Shown here: positions 37,741-47,149 of the stretch, one piece after another
Layout: each line of letters starts with the position of its first letter
Position numbering within the stretch: position 1 is the stretch's first letter
Source of the DNA: an uncultured Clostridia bacterium
Lineage (GTDB): Bacteria > Bacillota > Clostridia > Oscillospirales > Acutalibacteraceae
Direction of reading: 5' to 3'
Assembly (NCBI GenBank): GCA_944380895.1
Contig: CALWJB010000071.1
Span: forward strand, 1 to 52,526
Length of the DNA: 52,526 nt
Notes under the pieces: generated by a model
Database searches by the model: none
What the model saw: only the letters and a program-made list of their open reading frames with translations
Told to the model about the DNA's origin: nothing
Position numbers and translations under genes: made by a program

Positions 37741-40437
37741 ATGAAATTTAAAAGGTCCCTGGCATCCGCATTAAGTACAGCACTTTTCATCCCATACGCA
37801 TTTAGTCCATGCTCAGCTATAGCCGATGATGAATCTGCAAAATCTAAAACATCCGGTAATACGTGTGAGTCTGCTAAAAATCCGGGTAACGCTTCACCAC
37901 TTATGGATTTTACTTTTAATGGAGAAAAAATTCAAAGTAATGCCGACACAAGCAAAATTAAACTGGATTTATTTGAAGGTGATAACTTAAACATTGCTTT
38001 GATGCATGGGCTCGAGTTTATTATCGGAGAAAACTCTTCACCGTACATAGATGATAAAAAATTAATTGTAGGAGGCATTCGTGCTAACCGATCTATCTGT
38101 GAGAGTTTGAATAGTATAGTAGATTACGTAAAAGCAAAAAAAGAAAATGATAATGATAAAAATTTAGAAATTTTGAAAAAACTCCACGCACTCGAATCAA
38201 TGATGAAACACGATAAAAATATACCTGACGATAATGTTGCTCTTGGATTTATATCAGCTATGAAATCCGCGTATCAAGCAGTTATTTCTCGCTCGGTAGC
38301 AATAAGTGTACTCGAAGATAACAGAGAAAAAATAGAATCTAAAATGAGTTCGCAGTCATACTACGCGGATTCCGAACTATCTGCCGGTATTCCGAGCGAA
38401 GGTTTTAACATGAGTCTTTCTGCAGGTCTTTCCACCAACCAGCAATCAACAGAAACTTCATTTTATAAAATCGACAATTCCGGAAATTTAGGCCTGAGTA
38501 TCGGTGCCGGATTGACTCATTATTTATCTTTAAACGCAGCATGCTCATTTGAAATAACAAATTCGCTTATTTTTTATTCTTTAGAAGAGTTTTTAGATGC
38601 CGGCATGGATAAAGGAAATATTTCGTTTTTAAAATTAAAAGACGATGACCTAAAAAAAGTGATATCTTCGAGGAAAAAAATGCAGGACGATGAAACTGCC
38701 ATTATGATCAAACTTAAGACATCAATAGAACCATTTTTAAAATCTGCGAATATTGTTCCTCAAAACTTAACATTCAAAATACCCGAACCTACATGTTTGA
38801 GTATCCCGGAAAAAAGCAATAAATTTAGCATAAATTCCAAACTGTCGGCAGAGACAAATTGTCTGCTGGCAGCCGGAATGACCGTCTCGAAAGAAACCTC
38901 CTTTACAAAAATCAAGTCATATCATCCATATCTTGAATTAGTAGATAAAAATTTTTTAATAACTAATTACTGCACCGATATCGACGACTTGATTACATAC
39001 TTAAAAATTTCAGATACATCCAAATACAAAGAAATAAAAAAATTTTTTTCGTGTGAGCTGCCAAATGCGAATATGGCAGAAATATTCTCCATTATAATTG
39101 CAAATTTAATAGGTGATCTAAAAAGGTATAATGCAGCACTGACAATTATAGCGGATGATACATCCGGCAGCAGACACAAAAGTGATGCTCGAAATGTCAA
39201 AAAATACATAGAAAGCAATTGGGTAGGTACCAGCTTTTCGTCAAAATCTAAGCACGGCAGGAAAACCATGCTAAAAATTGCCATAGCTCTGGGAGCATAT
39301 TTGCGCGCTTTATATCCATCGGACGATAATAACGAATTATTTTCATCACTTTATAATGAAGTAGAAAATCTTTCGCTGTTTCAAAAATTTAATAGCAAGC
39401 TTTTTTTTGAAACCAAGCAAGGGTTTAATACTTCAATAACATCAAACAAAATCAGCGTAACGGGCACAACATATCTGGACATACCTTTTGTAGGGAGAAC
39501 TAATCTGACTGTTTCGCGTTCGGATACAAAAAGTCCTCTATATACGGATAACTGTCAGGATATTACCGTTACAACCCAATTGCCAATAATAAATGGCAAA
39601 TATTATGGCTCTGACACTTTAAGAGAAAAGCTGAGGAATTTAATCAGTATAATTTCAAAAACGAACGATGCTGCTGCCCTTACGCTGGCAGATTCTTTGA
39701 GTTTGATAGAAAAAGAATTCGATAACACTGTATCAAGCTACGGAATAGAAAAAACACTGTATGTTCCCAAAGTGTTTTCAATAATAAATTATGTTAATTT
39801 ACATTTTTATTTTACTAAAGTTCCAAAAACTGAAAATCCAAATGAATTAATTCCACTTCCTGACAATAATTTGATTGAAAAAGATAAGGACTCAGTCATA
39901 TTAAAACTCACCAAAAGAATTGACAGCAGAAATACAGATCTCAAAATCATATCTGATGCCGTTGATATCAAGGCATCGAACAAAGTTGGAAAAGCTTCTT
40001 CAAAAATAGGCACAGACAGCCTTATGTTCATTACAAAAAAATTTAACGCGCTCGAATTGAGTGAAAATTTAGCTGCTTCCGCCAATCTTTGGAACAAATT
40101 TAAACAAGGACAAAAAAATTCTCTGGAAAAATTATTTATTAATATGACAAACGACGATTCAAATGCAAAATATGAACTCCAAAACATTTATTCGCTAATT
40201 ATCAAAAACATAAGATCTAAGCACGAAATCGGCAGCACTGCACAGTCTTCTTTGATAACCGCAACTGAACATATATTTCGCAATTTTCTTGTGGCTTGTG
40301 AAAAACTGAAAGATTCCGAAAGTAGTGACGCGTCGGACCAATCATACGAAACCGCAAGTAATTTACTGGATTCTATACTCAAACTAAATTATGAGTTTGT
40401 CTGGTATCCTGCACTGGTTGCGGCAAACAGTAAGTAA
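37741..40437 (+). CDS. large (898 aa) secreted protein of unknown function
   Basis: The ATG at 37741 lies 8 nt after GGAGG; the track ORF begins at the TTG at 37726. The Sec signal peptide reads MKFKRSLASALSTALFIPYAFSPCSA|IADDE. I found no enzyme motif. A Gly/Ser-rich alternating segment lies at 38371-38580. A hairpin terminator follows. Confidence 0.8.
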   Translation: MKFKRSLASALSTALFIPYAFSPCSAIADDESAKSKTSGNTCESAKNPGNASPLMDFTFNGEKIQSNADTSKIKLDLFEGDNLNIALMHGLEFIIGENSSPYIDDKKLIVGGIRANRSICESLNSIVDYVKAKKENDNDKNLEILKKLHALESMMKHDKNIPDDNVALGFISAMKSAYQAVISRSVAISVLEDNREKIESKMSSQSYYADSELSAGIPSEGFNMSLSAGLSTNQQSTETSFYKIDNSGNLGLSIGAGLTHYLSLNAACSFEITNSLIFYSLEEFLDAGMDKGNISFLKLKDDDLKKVISSRKKMQDDETAIMIKLKTSIEPFLKSANIVPQNLTFKIPEPTCLSIPEKSNKFSINSKLSAETNCLLAAGMTVSKETSFTKIKSYHPYLELVDKNFLITNYCTDIDDLITYLKISDTSKYKEIKKFFSCELPNANMAEIFSIIIANLIGDLKRYNAALTIIADDTSGSRHKSDARNVKKYIESNWVGTSFSSKSKHGRKTMLKIAIALGAYLRALYPSDDNNELFSSLYNEVENLSLFQKFNSKLFFETKQGFNTSITSNKISVTGTTYLDIPFVGRTNLTVSRSDTKSPLYTDNCQDITVTTQLPIINGKYYGSDTLREKLRNLISIISKTNDAAALTLADSLSLIEKEFDNTVSSYGIEKTLYVPKVFSIINYVNLHFYFTKVPKTENPNELIPLPDNNLIEKDKDSVILKLTKRIDSRNTDLKIISDAVDIKASNKVGKASSKIGTDSLMFITKKFNALELSENLAASANLWNKFKQGQKNSLEKLFINMTNDDSNAKYELQNIYSLIIKNIRSKHEIGSTAQSSLITATEHIFRNFLVACEKLKDSESSDASDQSYETASNLLDSILKLNYEFVWYPALVAANSK

Positions 40438-40475
40438 TTTTCAAATGACTAAATTCTCTATATTAATAAAATATT

Positions 40476-40505
40476 TCCTCGGCCTAAGGTCGGGGATTTT
40501 GTTTT
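40476..40505 (+). terminator. rho-independent terminator
   Basis: TCCTCGGCC / GGTCGGGGA forms a 9-bp stem with two G-U pairs and a TAA loop, followed by TTTTGTTTT. Confidence 0.65.
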
Positions 40506-40688
40506 ATATAATACATCCGATTTTAAATATTAGAAATAAAAAAATAATAAAATCAACGAATATTAAAGCGCAAATACATACCAAATCATTATGTGGTAAT
40601 TAATCTGGTAAAAATTTTTTAACTGCCGGATGCACAGTCTCTAAAATTTATGCATAATCTGTTAAAAACTATGTTCGAGGTTAAGAAT

Positions 40689-40937
40689 ATGCTTAAAACC
40701 GTCTTTATACCGCTAAACGAATCTAAAATTAACAAATCATATAAAATTTTTAGAATTAAAATCGGAAATAACATCACACTACGAAGAATGCTTGATTTGG
40801 GAATAGTCAGCGGATCGGAAATAAAAGCTATTCATAAAAGTCCAATGGGAAATTTGACAGCGTATTTTATAAAAGGCACAGTAATTGCCATACGAGATAG
40901 CGATGCGAAAAATATACTTGTTTATAAGGCGCCTTAA
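40689..40937 (+). CDS. feoA: ferrous iron transport protein A
   Basis: FeoA SH3-like pattern LRRMLDLGIVSGSEIKAIHKSPMGNLTAYFIKGTVIAIRDSDAKNILV. Start chosen at the ATG at 40689, 8 nt after GAGG. Confidence 0.8.
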   Translation: MLKTVFIPLNESKINKSYKIFRIKIGNNITLRRMLDLGIVSGSEIKAIHKSPMGNLTAYFIKGTVIAIRDSDAKNILVYKAP

Positions 40938-40962
40938 AAAATTAATTCTTTAAAATTTTATT

Positions 40963-42459
40963 TTGGAGATGAGCTATGCTTTGAATATTATAAAAAACTC
41001 CGTAAAAAAAATAAAAAATTTTAAAATTAAAAAAATTAGAAATCGCAAAATACAAAAAATTTCAGCTCATATAGCAATAGCAGGAAATCCGAATGTTGGA
41101 AAAAGTACGGTTTTCAACGCTCTTACAGGACTTAATCAGCATACGGGAAACTGGCCCGGAAAAACGGTTGAATGTACTGAAGGGGAATATACTTATAACG
41201 AAAAATTTTTCAAAATTACAGATATCCCGGGCACATACTCACTTATGCCGAATTCTCCGGAAGAAGAAATTGCAAGAGATTATATTTGCTTTTCGAATCC
41301 AGACGTTATAATAGTCGTTTTGGACGCCACGTGCCTTGAAAGAAATCTTAATTTAGCATTGCAAATTTTAGAAATAACACAAAACGTCGTAATTTGCGTA
41401 AATCTCATCGACGAGGCAAAAAAGAAAAAAATATATATCGATCTTGACGAACTTTCCATGCAACTTGGCGGAGTGCCTGTAGTATACAGCAATGCGCGAA
41501 AAAAATTCGGAATCAACAATCTAATGAAAGCGGTGGATGACGTCGCTACAAAAAAGAAAAAAATATTTTATGTTAAAAATGACGACTATCCCGAAATTTT
41601 AAAAAATTCCGTGAATACAATTTCAAAAACTATATCAAATTTTATTCCCAAACATATGAACGAAAAATGGTTGGCAGAAAAAATTTTGGAAAATAATGAA
41701 ATTATAAAAAATTTCATACCAAAAAACATCGGCTACAATCTTCTTCAAGATGAAAAAATTATTGGTATCATAACCTCCGAACAAAAAAAATTATGTGAAG
41801 AAGGATTTGATGGCAAACGAATAAGAGAAATTTTTGCAAATAGTATTATTAAAAAATCTGAAAAAATATATAATCTATGCGTTTATGTAGAGAACAAAAA
41901 TTACGACAAAAAAGACCGCATCATAGATAATATTCTTACCTCAAAACTCACAGGCATACCTATAATGATTGCACTTTTAACTTTGATTTTTTGGATAACT
42001 TTAGTCGGAGCAAATTATCCATCACAGCTGCTTTCAAATGCTCTTTTTTGGATTCAAGACAGACTTACAGAATTTTGTATAAATGTAAATTGCCCTTGGT
42101 GGATTCACGGAATTTTTGTCGAAGGAATATACAGAACTCTTGCATGGGTAGTTTCGGTAATGCTGCCTCCTATGGCAATATTTTTCCCTCTTTTCACTTT
42201 CTTGGAAGACACCGGCTATTTACCCAGAATCGCATTTAATCTCGATAATGCATTTCGAAAGTGTGGCGCTCACGGTAAACAGGCTCTCACAACTTGCATG
42301 GGGTTTGGATGCAACGCTTGTGGAGTTATCGGATGCAGAATTATAGATTCGCCGCGTGAAAAATTAATTGCAATTCTTACAAATAATTTTGTTCCATGCA
42401 ACGGTCGTTTACCGCAATTTAAAATGTCAAAAAATTATTCGAATTCTTCGATTAAATGA
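40963..42459 (+). CDS. feoB: ferrous iron transporter FeoB, apparently truncated at the C-terminus (possible pseudogene)
   Basis: G-domain IAIAGNPNVGKSTVFNALTG...DIPGTYSL...NLID, then the first membrane (gate) region up to ...LIAILTNNFVPCNGR. From about 42409 the sequence turns into an unrelated tail (LPQFKMSKNYSNSSIK*). The start is ambiguous (TTG 40963, ATG 40969 or TTG 40981). Confidence 0.8.
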   Translation: MEMSYALNIIKNSVKKIKNFKIKKIRNRKIQKISAHIAIAGNPNVGKSTVFNALTGLNQHTGNWPGKTVECTEGEYTYNEKFFKITDIPGTYSLMPNSPEEEIARDYICFSNPDVIIVVLDATCLERNLNLALQILEITQNVVICVNLIDEAKKKKIYIDLDELSMQLGGVPVVYSNARKKFGINNLMKAVDDVATKKKKIFYVKNDDYPEILKNSVNTISKTISNFIPKHMNEKWLAEKILENNEIIKNFIPKNIGYNLLQDEKIIGIITSEQKKLCEEGFDGKRIREIFANSIIKKSEKIYNLCVYVENKNYDKKDRIIDNILTSKLTGIPIMIALLTLIFWITLVGANYPSQLLSNALFWIQDRLTEFCINVNCPWWIHGIFVEGIYRTLAWVVSVMLPPMAIFFPLFTFLEDTGYLPRIAFNLDNAFRKCGAHGKQALTTCMGFGCNACGVIGCRIIDSPREKLIAILTNNFVPCNGRLPQFKMSKNYSNSSIK

Positions 42460-42602
42460 TTTATTATTAAAATTTTTTCTGTGTCGGAAATTTTATTTTC
42501 TTCAAAATATTTTTCAAGTTCCGAAACATAAAACTTCGCCACTTGTTTTTTGAAATAATTATTATTTTCAATTTCTGAAATGTTTAATTCAGTAGGCTTC
42601 AA
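42435..42602 (-). CDS. 55-codon TTG-initiated ORF, possibly a gene remnant
   Basis: My translation reads (M)KPTELNISEIENNNYFKKQVAKFYVSELEKYFEENKISDTEKILIINHLIEEFE*, with GGGAG 10 nt upstream. Its 3' end overlaps the feoB tail by 25 nt. There is no obvious promoter. Confidence 0.25.
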   Translation of the reverse strand: MKPTELNISEIENNNYFKKQVAKFYVSELEKYFEENKISDTEKILIINHLIEEFE

Positions 42603-42654
42603 CTAAACTTCACTCCCAAAAAATATAAATAACAGCATTAGAAAAACATCAAAA

Positions 42655-42683
42655 GAAAAAAGACGCTTTAAACGTCTTTTAAA
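42655..42683. terminator. bidirectional hairpin terminator
   Basis: AAAAGACG / CGTCTTTT stem with loop CTTTAAA, and T-runs on both strands. It lies 10 nt downstream of the aminopeptidase stop. Confidence 0.65.
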
Positions 42684-42692
42684 ATTTATATT

Positions 42693-44102
42693 TTATATAT
42701 TACCGAAAAATGCAGATATTGCTTTAAACGTCATATAAAGATCAATTTTTGAAATAACCTCAAACGGAGCATGCATCGAAAGAACAGGAACTCCTATATC
42801 TATAACATCGGCATTCAAGTTTGCAACGTATTTTGCAATAGTCCCTCCACCGCCAATATCAACTTTGCCAAGTTCGCTGCTTTGCCAAATAATATTCTTA
42901 TCACTGAGCAAATTACAAATTTCACCCATAAACTCAGCCGTAGCATCGGAAGTTCCATATTTTCCGCCACTTCCCGTATATTTTGTGATAACCACACCTC
43001 TATTAATGTATGAACTGTTCTCAGGCTCAAAACTTGAAGAATAAGTTGGGTCATACGCTGCATTGACGTCTGCAGAAAGGCATTTTGTGTGAGTTAAAAC
43101 GTCGCGCACAGCAACACCGTCCAACTCCGCCAAATCAGAAATGAAATATTCTAAAAATTTAGACTGCGAACCTGTATTACCATCACTACCTGTCTCTTCT
43201 TTATCCGTTAACATGGTAATCGTAGTTTTTGAGGGATTTTTACAATCAAGTATAGCTCTAAGCGAAGGATATGCGCACGAACGGTCATCATGTGCGTAAC
43301 CACCTATCATACTCCTATCAAATCCCACATCTTGCGCTTTCATCGCAGGAACTATCTCTAAATCCGATGATATAAAATCACTTTCGACTATTCCATATTT
43401 TTCATTAAGAAGCTTTAGTATGTTGAGTTTTACTATATCACTGCTGTCTTCACAATCTTCCAGCGGCAAACTGCCCACAAGCAAATTAAGATCCTCACCC
43501 ATAATAGCCTCAGACATCTTCTTGCTCATTTGCTCTTTGGCAAGATGAGGCAACAAATCGGTTACGCAAAAACATGGCTCGTCTTCGGATTCACCAATAA
43601 CAACATCCACAACGCTTCCGTCACGCCTTACAATTCTTCCGTGAATAGCAAGCGGTATAGTAGTCCACTGATACTTCTTAATTCCGCCATAATAATGCGT
43701 TTTTAAAATTCCCAAGTCATGCTGCTCTGTCAGCGGGTTGGGTTTTAGGTCGAGTCTTGGTGCATCGACGTGCGCAACTGCCAAATTTATTCCATTTTTT
43801 GTGCCGGCCTCTCCGATGACTGCAAGAACTATGTTTCTGTCTCTATTTATTTTATAAATTTTGTCGCCGGGATTATATTTCTTAGTCTTATCAAACTCCT
43901 CAAAACCATTCTCTACTGCGCGTTTGAGAGCATATTTCACACTTTCTTTTTCGGTTTTTGATTTATCTAAAAATTCTTTATACTCCTCCGCAAATGAAAA
44001 GCTCTCACCCAGTTCCGCTTTCGAGATGATTTTTCCGCCGTTCTCTCTTTTAACAAACAGCCTTTCCTTCAATTCTTTCACATTATCTTTTTTAGCGCTC
44101 AT
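42693..44102 (-). CDS. M18-family aminopeptidase (aminopeptidase 1-like)
   Basis: AVAHVDAPRLDLKPNPL, GGYAHDDRSCAY, TDKEETGSDGNTG and DIGVPVLSMHAP. Start chosen at the ATG at 44102, after GAGGAG. The track ORF extends to 44162 and would overlap the upstream gene. Confidence 0.75.
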   Translation of the reverse strand: MSAKKDNVKELKERLFVKRENGGKIISKAELGESFSFAEEYKEFLDKSKTEKESVKYALKRAVENGFEEFDKTKKYNPGDKIYKINRDRNIVLAVIGEAGTKNGINLAVAHVDAPRLDLKPNPLTEQHDLGILKTHYYGGIKKYQWTTIPLAIHGRIVRRDGSVVDVVIGESEDEPCFCVTDLLPHLAKEQMSKKMSEAIMGEDLNLLVGSLPLEDCEDSSDIVKLNILKLLNEKYGIVESDFISSDLEIVPAMKAQDVGFDRSMIGGYAHDDRSCAYPSLRAILDCKNPSKTTITMLTDKEETGSDGNTGSQSKFLEYFISDLAELDGVAVRDVLTHTKCLSADVNAAYDPTYSSSFEPENSSYINRGVVITKYTGSGGKYGTSDATAEFMGEICNLLSDKNIIWQSSELGKVDIGGGGTIAKYVANLNADVIDIGVPVLSMHAPFEVISKIDLYMTFKAISAFFGNI

Positions 44103-44115
44103 TTTTCCATTCTCC

Positions 44116-44661
44116 TCACTTAAAATAAAGTTTTTTATACATTTTCTTCGCACGACGCACACGTCTTACATATTCTTTTGTCTCGGGATACGGTATATGC
44201 TCGGTATCAGCCGATTTTTTAAATTCACTATTTTCCTTCAGCCACCTATCCACGGCATTCATTCCCGCATTATAAGCACACAGCGCCAGAGTCTCGTTTT
44301 TGTATTTTTTTATCAGCGTAGATATAAACAAAGTCCCAATTTTGATGTTAGTTTCAGGTTTGTGTATGTCAACGATATTCAAGTCTTTGTTTTTTGCTTG
44401 ATATTTACTGACCCACTCAAAAGTTTCAGGTGTTATCTGCATAAGTCCGAGAGCTCCCGCGTGAGATTTGGCGTTTTCGTCAAAACCACTCTCGCACTTT
44501 ATTATAGCATATACTAATTCTTTTTCAACACCATACTCTTCCGAATTCTTCTCAACCAAACTTTCATATTTAGGGGGAATATGATAAATATACTTTAAAA
44601 CCGACTTGGAACCAAAAATTATTCCCAATATGACTAACCCTAAAATAAAAACCAAAAACAA
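44116..44661 (-). CDS. membrane-anchored SLT-domain lytic transglycosylase
   Basis: N-terminal TM segment. AIIKCESGFDENAKSHAGALGLMQI (catalytic ES..., GLMQ) and AYNAG. Confidence 0.85.
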   Translation of the reverse strand: MFLVFILGLVILGIIFGSKSVLKYIYHIPPKYESLVEKNSEEYGVEKELVYAIIKCESGFDENAKSHAGALGLMQITPETFEWVSKYQAKNKDLNIVDIHKPETNIKIGTLFISTLIKKYKNETLALCAYNAGMNAVDRWLKENSEFKKSADTEHIPYPETKEYVRRVRRAKKMYKKLYFK

Positions 44662-44716
44662 AATATTAAAAATTAATTTTGATAATCTTATTACTATAAA
44701 ACCACCCCCAAAAAAA

Positions 44717-45766
44717 TCACAAACTAATAACGCAAAATGCCGCAGCCCGTATGAGACGATTATATACCGCCAAACTCAGAGAATCAATTTCTTTATAGTG
44801 TGCATACAAAATTTTTACATCAAGCTTATCAACTTCTCTCAAAGCCTCAAAAAGATTTCTCGACTGAGAAATTGTATCATAAACACTTCCATAAGATACA
44901 TATGGTACTTTCAAAAATGGTATGTCTTCATCAAAACAGAGCGCACCAATATCTTCGTTTCGGTGCGTGTTAACAAACTCCGCATATTTACAAGCATCCC
45001 CTATTACCATTTTAATAGGTGTTTTCGGAGAGTAATGCTTATATTTCATTCCCGGCGAAAGTATCTTTTCAAATCCATTTGGTTTTTCGAAAACTGATTT
45101 ATCTATCTCCACGGCTCCCACAACTTTTTTAATATCTTCAGCGCTTATTTTTCCCGGCCTCAATATTTTGGGAATATCTGAAAGCATGGAAACAACTGTA
45201 GATTCAAGCCCTACGGCACATTCACCGCCGTCAACCACCGCATTGATTTTTCCGTTTAAATCATTCACAACATGCTCAAATTTCGTAGGGCTCGGTCTGC
45301 CTGAAATGTTTGCAGACGGAGCAACCAGCGGCACTCCCGCCTGTGAAATTATCCTACGTGATATCTCATTAGCAGGATATCTAATCGCAACAGAATCAAG
45401 ACCCCCTGTGACCTCTTTTGGAATTTTTGAATTTTTGGGCATTATCATCGTAAGAGGTCCGGGCCAAAATTTTTCGGCGAGTTTTTTTGCGTTTTCGGGA
45501 ATTTTTGAAACAATATTTTCAATATCTTCCAAGCCGGATATATGGACTATCAGTGGATTATCAGACGGACGACCTTTTGCTTTAAATATCGCTTTTATGG
45601 CATTTTTGTCATATACACTTGCCGCCAAACCATAAACAGTTTCAGTCGGAATTGCTACTATTCCGCCGCCTTTTAATATTTCTGCCGCACGTTTCGTTTG
45701 ATCTTCGCTTAAAAATTCCGTTTTCAACAACATTCCCTCTTCAAATCTATTCTTCGTTGCCTGCAA
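44717..45766 (-). CDS. tsaC: L-threonylcarbamoyladenylate synthase (Sua5/YwlC type, with C-terminal Sua5 domain)
   Basis: [27 protein letters not shown] and [15 protein letters not shown]. Size is 349 aa. Confidence 0.9.
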   Translation of the reverse strand: MQATKNRFEEGMLLKTEFLSEDQTKRAAEILKGGGIVAIPTETVYGLAASVYDKNAIKAIFKAKGRPSDNPLIVHISGLEDIENIVSKIPENAKKLAEKFWPGPLTMIMPKNSKIPKEVTGGLDSVAIRYPANEISRRIISQAGVPLVAPSANISGRPSPTKFEHVVNDLNGKINAVVDGGECAVGLESTVVSMLSDIPKILRPGKISAEDIKKVVGAVEIDKSVFEKPNGFEKILSPGMKYKHYSPKTPIKMVIGDACKYAEFVNTHRNEDIGALCFDEDIPFLKVPYVSYGSVYDTISQSRNLFEALREVDKLDVKILYAHYKEIDSLSLAVYNRLIRAAAFCVISL

Positions 45767-46820
45767 GTTTCGCGGCTCTGTCCGCTGTTATAAGGGCATC
45801 TATAATTTCATCGAGATCCCCGTTTAAAACGTCTTCAAGACGATAAAGCGTCAACCCTATTCTATGATCGGTGATCCTGCTTTGAGGATAGTTATACGTG
45901 CGAATTCTCTCCGACCTATCCCCCGTCCCGACCTGCGAACGTCTTTCCTGCGCAACTGCAGATTCCTGCTCTCTTATCTTAGCCTCCAAAAGCCTGGATT
46001 TTAATACTTTCATCGCTTTATCTTTGTTTTTATACTGACTTCTTTCATCCTGACACTCCACGACAACACCCGTCGGAATATGAGTGATTCGTATTGCCGA
46101 TTCGGTTTTATTGACGTGCTGACCGCCTGCTCCTCCCGCGCGATAGGTGTCTATTTGTAAATCTGCCGGATTTATTTCTATTTCTACGTCTTCAGCCTCG
46201 GGAAGTACCGCAACTGTGACCGTGGAAGTATGCACTCTGCCTTGAGCCTCGGTGTCGGGAACTCTCTGTACTCTATGGACTCCGCTTTCAAATTTAAATC
46301 TTGAATATGCACCTTCGCCCGATATCATAAAGCTGATCTCTTTATATCCGCCGAGCTGCGTTTCGTTCGCATTTAAAATCTCAACTTTCCAGCGGCGATT
46401 TTGTGCATACATGTTGTACATTCTAAAAAGTACTCCCGCAAAAAGCGCAGCTTCTTCTCCGCCCGCTCCGCCACGTATTTCAATTATTACATTTCGGTCG
46501 TCGTTTGGATCTTTCGGAAGAAGTAAAACCTTAAGCTGTTCCGAAATCTTCTCTAAATTCTCTTTGGCCGATTCCATTTCTGATTCGGCCATTTCCTTAA
46601 GCTCTTTATCCGCAGAACTATCAGAAAGAATTGTTTTGGCTTCATTTAAATTTTGATTTTCCTTTTTGTATTCCCTATATTTTTCCACAATGGGAGTAAG
46701 ATTTTTGAGCTCTTTCATTAAGGCTCTGTATCTGTTTTGGTCAGATAAAACGTTTTGGTCGCAAAGTTCACTGTTTATCTCCAAATAACGTTTTTCTATA
46801 TTTTCAAGTCTTTCAATCAT
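45747..46820 (-). CDS. prfA: peptide chain release factor 1
   Basis: PxT-type decoding region ([17 protein letters not shown]) and the GGQ motif ([21 protein letters not shown]). Confidence 0.95.
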   Translation of the reverse strand: MIERLENIEKRYLEINSELCDQNVLSDQNRYRALMKELKNLTPIVEKYREYKKENQNLNEAKTILSDSSADKELKEMAESEMESAKENLEKISEQLKVLLLPKDPNDDRNVIIEIRGGAGGEEAALFAGVLFRMYNMYAQNRRWKVEILNANETQLGGYKEISFMISGEGAYSRFKFESGVHRVQRVPDTEAQGRVHTSTVTVAVLPEAEDVEIEINPADLQIDTYRAGGAGGQHVNKTESAIRITHIPTGVVVECQDERSQYKNKDKAMKVLKSRLLEAKIREQESAVAQERRSQVGTGDRSERIRTYNYPQSRITDHRIGLTLYRLEDVLNGDLDEIIDALITADRAAKLAGNEE

Positions 46821-46961
46821 TATCTATACCTCCAAATTTAAGCTTTCCAACTACCATATTGTACCACAAATCAATGCACCGATAAATAAAAAATATGATA
46901 GTTAATTTCTAAATAATAATTTCCAATAACAGTTATAATATCAAAATAATCTCTTGTAAAA

Positions 46962-47149
46962 AAAAATATTAAAATGTATTTACAAACGATTTATTATATG
47001 ATATAGTACACATTGTGATATGATCATGTCGGTATATTTTTGATTATTGAAGGAGATATATATGAAATTAAATCTAAAATTAACAAGTTTGCTTTTAGGT
47101 ACATGCGTACTCGCTGGACCAAGCGCCAGTGCAATGGATCCACATGACC
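46962..47149 (+). repeat. 5' module, copy 1 (promoter + RBS + signal-peptide codons), paralogous to 48298-48485
   Basis: My hand alignment is 188 nt against 188 nt with no indels and roughly a dozen mismatches. It contains TTTACA-17 nt-TATAGT (46979-47007), GGAG and the ATG at 47062. Confidence 0.9.

Noticed and set aside
40585-40604. A possible Fur-box-like operator (ATCATTATGTGGTAATTAAT) upstream of feoA.
   Set aside because: It is only a partial half-site match (ATCATTAT) with a weak dyad. In DNA this AT-rich, such matches are expected by chance.
43861-44517. A 218-aa plus-strand ORF overlapping the aminopeptidase and SLT genes. The same applies to 44606-45097, 45168-45635 and 46252-46656, which are antisense to tsaC and prfA, and to 613-1026, which is antisense to prs.
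   Set aside because: All are antisense shadows of well-supported minus-strand genes. They have no motifs and no ribosome-binding sites.
47089-47106. A possible lipobox (LLLGTC) in the shared signal peptide of the two PTP-like proteins, which would make them lipoproteins.
   Set aside because: Thr at position -1 does not fit the [LVI][ASTVI][GAS]C consensus. A good signal peptidase I site (ASA) follows 9 residues later. Sec/SPI secretion is more likely, but this needs SignalP/LipoP.
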